Made by a program: the position numbers and the translations under genes
Notes under the pieces: model-generated
Database searches by the model: none
The model's input: the letters and a program-made list of their open reading frames with translations, nothing else
What the model was told of the DNA's origin: nothing
IMG/VR virus record: IMGVR_UViG_3300044987_000436
Length of the DNA stretch: 20,000 nucleotides
Direction: 5' to 3' (one strand)
Source of the DNA: an uncultured virus (IMG/VR IMGVR_UViG_3300044987_000436)
Taxonomy: Duplodnaviria > Heunggongvirae > Uroviricota > Caudoviricetes
In this document: piece after piece, positions 1 through 6,639 of the stretch
Position numbering within the stretch: position 1 is the first letter of the stretch
Layout of the letters: every line of letters begins with the position of its first letter

Positions 1-177
1 GCACTGGCGGGCAAGATGGAACTCGATGGGTTGCGCGTTGGATCGCAGATCAAGCAGGCCGAGGCCAAGCTGCAATCCGACCAAGAACGAGAAGGTGTCC
101 GCATGGGCATCGACATCGCAAAGAGCCGTCAACAAGCGGCACAGAACAACCAGCAAAGGAAAGGTCCGGCTAAATAA
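1..177 (+). CDS. 3' end of a large gene, probably the portal protein (helical, Gln-rich C-terminus); partial
   Basis: Frame 1 is open from base 1 to TAA 175-177 (ALAGKMELDGLRVGSQIKQAEAKLQSDQEREGVRMGIDIAKSRQQAAQNNQQRKGPAK*). Portal identity is inferred only from its position upstream of the scaffold and capsid genes. Confidence 0.55.
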   Translation, partial: ALAGKMELDGLRVGSQIKQAEAKLQSDQEREGVRMGIDIAKSRQQAAQNNQQRKGPAK

Positions 178-372
178 ATGATTCAAGACTTCGCACGCGT
201 GTTGCGCGAACAAATACGCAAAGACATGAACAACTACGCTGACGACGCCGCCAGCGGAGCATGTCGCTCATTTGAGGAATACCAAAAACTTTGCGGAACC
301 ATTCAGGGTCTGGCTATCGCAGAGCGCTATGTAATCGACCTTGCTATGAAAGTGGAGAAAGCAGATGAGTGA
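178..372 (+). CDS. small hypothetical phage protein (64 aa, helical)
   Basis: ATG directly follows the upstream stop; AGGAAAGG SD-like sequence upstream; overlaps the next gene. Confidence 0.8.
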   Translation: MIQDFARVLREQIRKDMNNYADDAASGACRSFEEYQKLCGTIQGLAIAERYVIDLAMKVEKADE

Positions 373-796
373 ACTAAGTCTTGATCCGGGCGTATTTGCC
401 CTCCCCGAAGCCATCCAACCGACTGAGGCTCCAGCCCCAGAAGCGACTGATGAAGAAAAGGCCCGACAGCTTCCCGACCCCAAAGGTTGGAAACTGCTGT
501 GTGCGGTGCCTGACGTTGTTGAGACTTTCGAGAATTCCTCGATTGTCAAAGCTGGCCAGTTCATGAAACAAGAAGAACACGCCACAACCGTGTTGTTCGT
601 CATGAAGGTCGGACCTGACGCGTACAAAGACACCACCAAGTTCCCAAGCGGTCCGTGGTGTGAGGAAGGTGACTTTGTGCTCGTGCGTACGTATTCCGGT
701 ACGCGATTCAAAATCTACGGAAAAGAGTTTCGAGTCATAAACGACGACATGATCGAAGCAGTTGTGCAAGACCCTCGCGGTTTAACCCGCGCTTGA
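365..796 (+). CDS. groES: phage co-chaperonin GroES/Cpn10-like protein
   Basis: GroES-like pattern P.G.KLL ... V.KVGP ... GDFVLV..YSGT.FK..GKEFRVINDD.IEAVV; GGAG SD upstream; acidic Pro-rich N-terminal extension. Confidence 0.8.
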   Translation: MSELSLDPGVFALPEAIQPTEAPAPEATDEEKARQLPDPKGWKLLCAVPDVVETFENSSIVKAGQFMKQEEHATTVLFVMKVGPDAYKDTTKFPSGPWCEEGDFVLVRTYSGTRFKIYGKEFRVINDDMIEAVVQDPRGLTRA

Positions 797-807
797 AGGA
801 GCAGTAA

Positions 808-1752
808 ATGGCAGGTGAATTTAAATTTCCTGATGAGCAGGAAGAAACTGTTGTAGTTTCGCAACAGGACGACGGCGATATTGAAATTGAAATTGTCGAT
901 GACACGCCTGAGCGTGACAAAGGCCGCAGGCCCTTAGACCGGGAAGTGGTAGACCCCACTGATGCCGAGATTGAGAACTACACCAAGGGTGCTCAGGACC
1001 GCATCAAGGAACTGACCCATGCCCGTCACGACGAGCGTCGAGCCAAAGAAGCCCTTCAGCGGGAAAAGCAGGAGCTTGAGCGTCTTGCCCAACACATGCA
1101 GCAAGAGAACCAAAAACTCAAACAGTATGTGGATAACGGCACGCAGCAGTACAACAAGATGGCTGAAAGCGCCGCCGAAGCCGCATTGGACAAAGCCCGC
1201 CGCGATTACAAGATTGCGCAGGAAGCGTTTGATACTGACGGTATTATTGCGGCGCAGGAAGCACTTACTGAAGCCAAGATGAGTATTGCGGCGACAAAAA
1301 ACTTTCGCCCGGCCCCTTTACAACGTGAAGAAGATGTTGTACAAACAAGACAACCAGCACCCCAACAGGTGCAACCTGACGAAAAAACGCTGCGCTGGCA
1401 GGCAAAAAACCAGTGGTTCGGGTCTGATGGGTTTGAGGAAGTTACCAGCTTTGCACTAGGGCTGCACCAAAATCTAGTCAATAACGGGATTGACCCGCGT
1501 AGTGATGATTATTTCGAGCGCATTGACGCACGCGTGAAGTCAAAGTTCCCCGAAGTTTTTGGTGGAACTGAAGATCGTAAGTCAAGTGAGTCTTCAAAAC
1601 GGCCAACCTCGGTTGTTGCCCCCGCAGCTCGTTCTTCGGGCGCAAAGAAAATCCAGCTTACCCAGACGCAAGTTGCGCTGGCAAAGAAGTATGGACTAAC
1701 CCCGCAGCAATATGCTGCTGAAGTTGCAAAATTGGAGAGAAACAATGGCTGA
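808..1752 (+). CDS. capsid scaffolding protein (putative)
   Basis: AAGGAG SD; acidic N-terminus, long coiled coil, basic C-terminal helix pair (LTQTQVALAKKYGLTPQQYA); located upstream of the MCP. Confidence 0.7.
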   Translation: MAGEFKFPDEQEETVVVSQQDDGDIEIEIVDDTPERDKGRRPLDREVVDPTDAEIENYTKGAQDRIKELTHARHDERRAKEALQREKQELERLAQHMQQENQKLKQYVDNGTQQYNKMAESAAEAALDKARRDYKIAQEAFDTDGIIAAQEALTEAKMSIAATKNFRPAPLQREEDVVQTRQPAPQQVQPDEKTLRWQAKNQWFGSDGFEEVTSFALGLHQNLVNNGIDPRSDDYFERIDARVKSKFPEVFGGTEDRKSSESSKRPTSVVAPAARSSGAKKIQLTQTQVALAKKYGLTPQQYAAEVAKLERNNG

Positions 1753-2197
1753 TCCTCGTACCCCCCGTGACCTCGTGTCCCGCGATAAGACTGCTCGTCC
1801 TGTATATGTGCCACCTTCGGCGCTGCCTGATCCGACTCCAGAGCCGGGTTATGTGTATCGCTGGATCATGACGCATTTGCTTGGCGAAGCGAACCCAACT
1901 AACGTGTCTCGTAAGATGCGCGAAGGCTGGGTGCCGGTGAAAGCCGTTGACCATCCAGAACTGATGCTGGTGGGTAGTGACAAAACAGGAAACGTCGAAA
2001 TCGGTGGCCTCATGCTTTGCAAGATGTCGTCGGAGATGGCCAAGTCCCGTGATGAGTACTACAACACGCAAGCTCAGAACCAGATGGACTCGGTGGACAA
2101 CCACTTCATGCGAAATAACGACCCTCGGATGCCGCTGTTTGCTGACCGCAAGTCAACAGCCAGTCGCGGACAAGGATTTGGTTCAGGTTCTAAATAA
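1745..2197 (+). CDS. hypothetical head-module protein (150 aa)
   Basis: ATG 1745 preceded by GGAGAG and overlapping the scaffold stop, so preferred over the ORF-track start at 1712; motifs GYVYRWI, REGWVPV, GGLMLCK. Confidence 0.75.
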   Translation: MADPRTPRDLVSRDKTARPVYVPPSALPDPTPEPGYVYRWIMTHLLGEANPTNVSRKMREGWVPVKAVDHPELMLVGSDKTGNVEIGGLMLCKMSSEMAKSRDEYYNTQAQNQMDSVDNHFMRNNDPRMPLFADRKSTASRGQGFGSGSK

Positions 2198-2208
2198 AGG
2201 AGTGCCTC

Positions 2209-2832
2209 ATGGCATCAACTGCATCCCCCTACGGCCTTAAAGCCGTCAACGAACTGGGCGGTCTACCTTATTCCGGTAGCACGCGTCAGTTTTTGATTAA
2301 CCCTGCGGGTTACAACACCAATATCTTCAACGGAAGTATTGTTGCTATTAACACTAGCGGTTTTCTGGAAATTGTCACTACCAATGGTATTGCGGCTACG
2401 CCATTTCCGGCAGGCACAATCGGCGTTTTCGTCGGCTGCTCCTACGTAAATTCGCAAGGTCAGGTGATCTACGCTCAGTTCTATCCCGCCAACTACGTTG
2501 CTCCTGCTGGCACTGCCATCACTGCATACGTTATTGACGACGACCGTGCTGTGTTCCAAGTTCAATCTGTCGGCCCCGTGGCACAAGCTGCTTTGGGCGC
2601 TAACGTGTACCTGAACGCTGTTCAGTCCACCTCCACAGGTAGCACTATTACTGGCAACTCCAACTCGGCAATCATCATCGGCTCTTCTGCTGCTGCGACC
2701 ACCGGCTGGGCTCTTCGCGTTGTTGGCTTCGTGGACATGCAAGGCTTCTCGACTGTTGGCGACGCCTTCACCGATGTGCTGGTTAAGTTCAACCCAGTGG
2801 CCCATTCGTATTCCAACCCACTCGGTGTTTAA
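2209..2832 (+). CDS. putative capsid decoration/cement (minor head) protein
   Basis: AAAGGAG SD; beta-rich Gly/Ala/Thr composition (GVFVGCSY, VIDDD.AVFQVQ); immediately upstream of the MCP; highly biased codons. Confidence 0.6.
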   Translation: MASTASPYGLKAVNELGGLPYSGSTRQFLINPAGYNTNIFNGSIVAINTSGFLEIVTTNGIAATPFPAGTIGVFVGCSYVNSQGQVIYAQFYPANYVAPAGTAITAYVIDDDRAVFQVQSVGPVAQAALGANVYLNAVQSTSTGSTITGNSNSAIIIGSSAAATTGWALRVVGFVDMQGFSTVGDAFTDVLVKFNPVAHSYSNPLGV

Positions 2833-2843
2833 GGAGCTAAATC

Positions 2844-3776
2844 ATGGCAATTTCACGCGCACAACTACTTAAAGAACTGCTCCCCGGCCTGAACGCATTG
2901 TTTGGTCTGGAATATGCTCGCTACGGCGAAGAGCACAAGGAAATCTACGAGACTGAGAAATCAGAGCGCTCGTTTGAAGAAGAAACCAAGCTGTCTGGCT
3001 TCGGTGCTGCACCAGTGAAGAACGAGGGCCAAGCCATTGCTTATGACAATGCGCAGGAAGCCTTCACTGCACGTTACAGCCACGAGACCATTGCTCTGGG
3101 CTTCTCGATCACTGAAGAAGCGGTCGAAGATAACCTGTACGACAGTCTGTCGGCTCGTTACACCAAGGGTCTGGCTCGCGCTATGGCCTACACCAAACAG
3201 GTCAAAGCTGCTGGCGTTATCAATAACGGCTTCAGCGGTTCGTACCTCGGCGGTGACGGTGTGTCGTTGTTTGGCGTCAACTCTTCCAGCGCACGCGTGG
3301 GTCACCCACTCGTCAACGGCGGCGTTAACTACAACAGCCCCACCACTGGTGTTGATCTGAACGAAACCTCGCTGGAAAATGCTGTGATTCAAATCGCTGC
3401 ATGGACTGATGAGCGTGGTCTGCTGATCGCCGCTAAGCCACGCAAGATGATTGTGCCGCCTGCGCTGCAATTCGTTGCTACCCGTCTGTTGGAAACCAAC
3501 CTCCGCGTTGGCACTGCTGACAACGATATCAACGCGTTGAAGAACAACGGTTCGATCCCTGAAGGCTATGCCATCAACCACTTCTTGACCGACAGCAATG
3601 CTTGGTTCCTGATGACTGATGTGCCAAACGGCCTGAAGCACTTCGAGCGTACAGCTCTGAACAACTCCATGGACGGGGATTTCGACACGGGCAACGTCCG
3701 TTACAAGTCCCGCGAGCGTTACAGCTTTGGCTGGAGCGATCCATTGGGTGCTTGGGGCTCGTCCGGTTCGTCTTAA
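2844..3776 (+). CDS. major capsid protein (Mu-like gpT / HK97-fold family)
   Basis: AAGGAG SD; N-terminus MAISRAQLLKELLPGLNALFGLEY and C-terminal DFDTGNVRYKSRERYSFGWSDP are typical of MCPs of uncultured aquatic phages; strong codon bias; followed by a terminator. Confidence 0.9.
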   Translation: MAISRAQLLKELLPGLNALFGLEYARYGEEHKEIYETEKSERSFEEETKLSGFGAAPVKNEGQAIAYDNAQEAFTARYSHETIALGFSITEEAVEDNLYDSLSARYTKGLARAMAYTKQVKAAGVINNGFSGSYLGGDGVSLFGVNSSSARVGHPLVNGGVNYNSPTTGVDLNETSLENAVIQIAAWTDERGLLIAAKPRKMIVPPALQFVATRLLETNLRVGTADNDINALKNNGSIPEGYAINHFLTDSNAWFLMTDVPNGLKHFERTALNNSMDGDFDTGNVRYKSRERYSFGWSDPLGAWGSSGSS

Positions 3777-3786
3777 TTGACGGCTG

Positions 3787-3821
3787 AGTAAGTTAGGGTT
3801 GGGGGTTCCCGGCCGCTTACT
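3787..3821 (+). other. hairpin in the MCP 3' UTR
   Basis: AGTAAGT(3787-3793)/GCTTACT(3815-3821) outer stem, 3-nt bulge, GGTTGGG(3797-3803)/CCCGGCC(3808-3814) inner stem. The G-U pairs favour the + strand. Confidence 0.5.
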
Positions 3822-3823
3822 GG

Positions 3824-3849
3824 AAAAGGCACCTTCGGGTGCCTTTTTT
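3824..3849 (+). terminator. Rho-independent terminator after the MCP (possibly bidirectional)
   Basis: AAAAGGCACC-TTCG-GGTGCCTTTTTT: perfect stem, C(UUCG)G tetraloop, U tract, A tract on the 5' side. Confidence 0.92.
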
Positions 3850-3850
3850 G

Positions 3851-3878
3851 TTGACACACTTTGAAAAAGGTGTATATT
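3851..3878 (+). promoter_or_regulatory. sigma70-like promoter
   Basis: Perfect -35 TTGACA (3851-3856), 16-bp spacer, -10 TATATT (3873-3878), directly after the terminator. Predicted TSS about 3884-3885. Confidence 0.65.
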
Positions 3879-3884
3879 GCAAGT

Positions 3885-3960
3885 ACTCCGGGTCTTCCGG
3901 TGTATCAGACAGTCCCGGCTGACGACATGCAGACTGATACGCCTATCTTGCATGTAAGGA
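3885..3960 (+). ncRNA. structured RNA leader with two pseudoknots; candidate Mu-gpT-DE-like motif
   Basis: GGTGTATCAG(3899-3908)/CTGATACGCC(3934-3943); CAG(3910-3912)/CTG(3919-3921); CCGGG(3888-3892)/CCCGG(3914-3918); ACATGCA(3925-3931)/TGCATGT(3949-3955). Lies downstream of a gpT-like MCP gene and abuts the SD AAGGA (3956-3960). Confidence 0.65.
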
Positions 3961-3967
3961 ACCAATC

Positions 3968-4546
3968 ATGGCATTGACCACATTCTCCGGCCCAGTCTCT
4001 TCCCTCAACGGCTTCATCGGCGGCACTGCGACCTCCCCCATCACTCTTACCACGGCCAGCAACGTGTCTGAGTCGTACGCCACATCCTCCGCTACCACTG
4101 GCGATACCCGCCTGTCGTACAACCGCTTGGCTTTTACCTCTACAGGTTCTGGCGAGACCATCCGTGCCCTGACTCAAGTCACAGGTGTTGGTGGCGCTAC
4201 GGGCGGCACAATCAATGGTGCTCACGTTAGCTTGAGCGTCAACGGTTCGGGCACTATTTCCGGTGCCGGTAACGCTCTTCGCGCTACTCTGGGTGGTACA
4301 TCTACAAACCCCGGCGGAACATTGGCAGCTATTCAAGCTGACTCCAACTTTGCTACTGGTGGTACTTGGACTAACAGTTCATTCATCCGCTTTACAAACA
4401 GCGGAACAGGCGTTATTCCTAACTTGTTCAATGTCCCAGCCGCTATGGTTGTGGCTGATGTGGTCGCAGACTCCTCCCACACAATTAAAATTGTGGACAG
4501 CGCCGGTACTGCGTACTACCTGATGGCAACTACTACTGCGCCTTAA
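3968..4546 (+). CDS. virion structural protein, putative head fibre/decoration protein
   Basis: TAAGGA SD; N-terminal MALTTFSGPVSSLNGF motif commonly seen after the MCP in such phages; Thr/Gly/Ser-rich beta-type sequence. Confidence 0.65.
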   Translation: MALTTFSGPVSSLNGFIGGTATSPITLTTASNVSESYATSSATTGDTRLSYNRLAFTSTGSGETIRALTQVTGVGGATGGTINGAHVSLSVNGSGTISGAGNALRATLGGTSTNPGGTLAAIQADSNFATGGTWTNSSFIRFTNSGTGVIPNLFNVPAAMVVADVVADSSHTIKIVDSAGTAYYLMATTTAP

Positions 4547-4547
4547 T

Positions 4548-4718
4548 ATGCAGATCACCAAGGAATTCTTGGAATCTGAGATACGTGACCTTGAGACTGA
4601 AGCGCAGAAAGCTCAAACCTTTTTGACTCAGGCTCAAGCCACGATCCAAGCATACAAGATGCTCATAAACAGGCTAGACGCACCAGAACCGGAGCAAGAA
4701 AATGGCAATGCAATATGA
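4548..4718 (+). CDS. small coiled-coil protein (56 aa), possible fibre chaperone; not in the ORF track
   Basis: ATG 4548 to TGA 4716-4718, MQITKEFLESEIRDLETEAQKAQTFLTQAQATIQAYKMLINRLDAPEPEQENGNAI. It fills the gap exactly and has a heptad pattern. Confidence 0.75.
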   Translation: MQITKEFLESEIRDLETEAQKAQTFLTQAQATIQAYKMLINRLDAPEPEQENGNAI

Positions 4719-5178
4719 TGTTAAGTCGCAACACGGCGGGGCTTCCGGCTTGATGGTTTCGTACCGTACTCGCCTTAAAGGCGCGGTTGTTTTTCCTTTT
4801 TCTGGTGCTACAGAGTACACCGTTTTGGTAGACGACATTAGTATTAGCGGAACTTACTCAAGAGCCACTACTATGGCGACGGTTACCGCGACAAACCACG
4901 GCCTAAAAGCAGGCGATTGGGTTTATTTGGACTGGGATTTGACGGATAACCCGTACCAAGTTCAAACAGCCGCTACTGCAGACACGTTTATTGTGACTGT
5001 TGCGAATTCTGGTGCAGACAGCGGAAATGTCACGGTATGGAATGATGTGCTGCTGCAATTGGACGCATCAAATCAAACGGCGTACAGTGTGCCGATTCCC
5101 GGCGAAGGTGTTCTTGCCCATTACGGCATACGCCTTTTCTTGGGAGCCAACACGCACATTACGGTGTTCTATGGCTAA
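4702..5178 (+). CDS. hypothetical virion protein with an inserted beta-domain
   Basis: GGAG SD; framework MQYDVKS..RTRLKG ... IPGEGVL...GI......TVFYG with a central TVTATNHGLKAGDWVYL...YQV...DTF module. Confidence 0.7.
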   Translation: MAMQYDVKSQHGGASGLMVSYRTRLKGAVVFPFSGATEYTVLVDDISISGTYSRATTMATVTATNHGLKAGDWVYLDWDLTDNPYQVQTAATADTFIVTVANSGADSGNVTVWNDVLLQLDASNQTAYSVPIPGEGVLAHYGIRLFLGANTHITVFYG

Positions 5179-5425
5179 ATCACCAGCATGGACACGCAAA
5201 GAAGGCAAGTCGGAGAAGGGCGGGCTCAACGCGAAGGGCCGAGCTTCCTACAACAAGGCCAACCCCGGCAAACCCGGTCTGAAGGCCCCTCAACCCGAGG
5301 GCGGCAGCAGGCGCGACTCTTTCTGTGCCCGGATGTCCGGCATGAAAAAGAAGTTGACCAGCGCCAAAACAGCCAAAGACCCGGACAGCCGCATCAACAA
5401 AAGCCTTCGGGCTTGGAAATGCTGA
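5171..5425 (+). CDS. small basic hypothetical protein (DUF6321-like), 84 aa
   Basis: ATG 5171 overlaps the upstream gene end; WTRKEGK..KGGLNAKGRASYN ... RRDSFCARM.GM ... DPDSRINKSLRAWKC. DUF assignment is from memory. Confidence 0.75.
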   Translation: MAKSPAWTRKEGKSEKGGLNAKGRASYNKANPGKPGLKAPQPEGGSRRDSFCARMSGMKKKLTSAKTAKDPDSRINKSLRAWKC

Positions 5426-5426
5426 T

Positions 5427-5669
5427 ATGAGCACGCCCGAAATCCTTACCGCCCGTGAACTTGCCACCCATGCTGCTGATATTAAGCACATGCAGGAGGA
5501 CATGGACAAGATGCTTGAGAGCATGAAAGCCATGCAGGTCACGCTGACATCCATAAACTCCACCCTGTCTGAAGCCAAAGGCGGTTGGAAAGTCCTGATG
5601 TTGGTTGGCGGCGCGGCTGGCACGGTTGGCGCTGGGATCGTACAGTTGGTCCATTGGTGGAGCAAGTAA
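5427..5669 (+). CDS. small membrane protein (coiled coil plus C-terminal TM helix)
   Basis: Heptad-rich N-terminal half, then GGWKVLMLVGGAAGTVGAGIVQLVHWW; coupled to both neighbours. Confidence 0.7.
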   Translation: MSTPEILTARELATHAADIKHMQEDMDKMLESMKAMQVTLTSINSTLSEAKGGWKVLMLVGGAAGTVGAGIVQLVHWWSK

Positions 5670-6046
5670 TGCCCAGTAGCTCCAAAAAACAACACAATTT
5701 CATGGCGGCTGTGGCCAATAACCCAGCATTTGCCAAGAAAGCAGGCGTCCCACAGTCCGTGGGACAGGACTTTACCAAGGCCGACAAGGGCCGCAAATTT
5801 TCAAAAGGTGGTGACACTATGGCTTCCAAAATGAATCCCGGCTTCATGGCAATGATGGCTAAGAAAAAAGGTGCTGACGCACCTGCCAAGGGCAAAGACG
5901 CTCTGGCCAAACACGCGTCCAAGCCTGCTTCCAAAGCACACGCGGGCCTCAAAGCCGGTGGCATGGCCAAGGGTGGCGGTATCGAGTCCAAGGGTAAAAC
6001 CAAGGGCACGATGATTAAGATGAAATCTGGCGGCAGAACCTGCTAA
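5669..6046 (+). CDS. small Lys/Gly/Met-rich basic protein (125 aa)
   Basis: TAATG overlap at 5667-5671 with GGAG SD; MPSSSKKQHNFMAAVANNPAFAKKAGVPQSVG; several xxxGG motifs. Confidence 0.75.
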   Translation: MPSSSKKQHNFMAAVANNPAFAKKAGVPQSVGQDFTKADKGRKFSKGGDTMASKMNPGFMAMMAKKKGADAPAKGKDALAKHASKPASKAHAGLKAGGMAKGGGIESKGKTKGTMIKMKSGGRTC

Positions 6047-6057
6047 AAGGAAAGATC

Positions 6058-6639
6058 ATGGCGACTAAACCGGCAATCGTTACCAAAAAGCAGCTCGAAG
6101 ATTCGGGCTTTGATAATCTGCGCGATTACTTGAACGCTGAGCGCGGTTTGACTCGCCGTGACGGCCAAGTCGCAGTTCGCAAAGGTGAGATGGACATCAA
6201 GAGTCCTGCTGAAAAACGCAGCGCTACCCGAATGGCTGATGTTGCCGCGCAGAAACCTAGCGCTGAGCGCCGCAGCGACACGCGTTTGCGCGATTCGCAA
6301 AGTGCGTCTGCTTCCTCAAACGACGCCAATATGCTGCTTGTAGATTCTGCCGTGAAAGAGATTGGTGGCGGTCGTTCAGGTGGCCGAGGCGGTGCTGAAG
6401 CCGGTGAAGGGTCTGAGTCAAAACCCGCAGGTGCCTTTCGTGGCACGCGTTCTGACCCAAAACCTGAAGGTGCTTATCGCGGCACGCGTTCTGACCCAAA
6501 ACCTGAAGGTGCTTATCGCGGCACGCGTTCTGATATGAAAAAAGGTGGCGCAGTCAAGAAGATGGCTTCTGGCGGTTCCGCGTCCAGTCGTGCTGACGGT
6601 ATTGCCCAGCGCGGCAAGACCAAAGGACGGGTCTGCTAA
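6058..6639 (+). CDS. basic low-complexity protein with 13-aa tandem repeats
   Basis: AAGGA SD; C-terminal MKKGG..KKMASGG...RADGIAQRGKTKGRVC. Confidence 0.75.
   Translation: MATKPAIVTKKQLEDSGFDNLRDYLNAERGLTRRDGQVAVRKGEMDIKSPAEKRSATRMADVAAQKPSAERRSDTRLRDSQSASASSNDANMLLVDSAVKEIGGGRSGGRGGAEAGEGSESKPAGAFRGTRSDPKPEGAYRGTRSDPKPEGAYRGTRSDMKKGGAVKKMASGGSASSRADGIAQRGKTKGRVC
6421..6533 (+). repeat. in-frame 39-bp tandem repeat, about 2.9 copies
   Basis: Units 6421-6459 (diverged), 6460-6498 and 6499-6533 (identical over 35 nt): aaacctgaaggtgcttatcgcggcacgcgttctgaccca, encoding KPEGAYRGTRSDP. Confidence 0.95.

Noticed and set aside
3760..3791. Programmed read-through or frameshift extension of the MCP
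   Set aside because: An in-frame stop follows within five codons, no slippery heptamer is evident, and a terminator follows.
3919..3935. Hammerhead ribozyme suggested by CTGACGA
   Set aside because: No GAAA core or stem II/III arrangement follows. The helix order also does not match the HDV-like fold.
2961..3965. 334-aa minus-strand ORF antisense to the MCP
   Set aside because: Shadow of the strongly biased MCP codons; no RBS, no recognisable protein features, and it crosses the terminator.
5000..5170. ORF-track upstream starts (5000, and likewise 1712, 5585, 8213, 18295, 19133)
   Set aside because: They overlap upstream genes extensively. Downstream starts with an SD or stop-start coupling fit better.
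6421..6533. Possible mini-CRISPR array
   Set aside because: The repeats are head-to-tail with no spacers and are in frame within a CDS.
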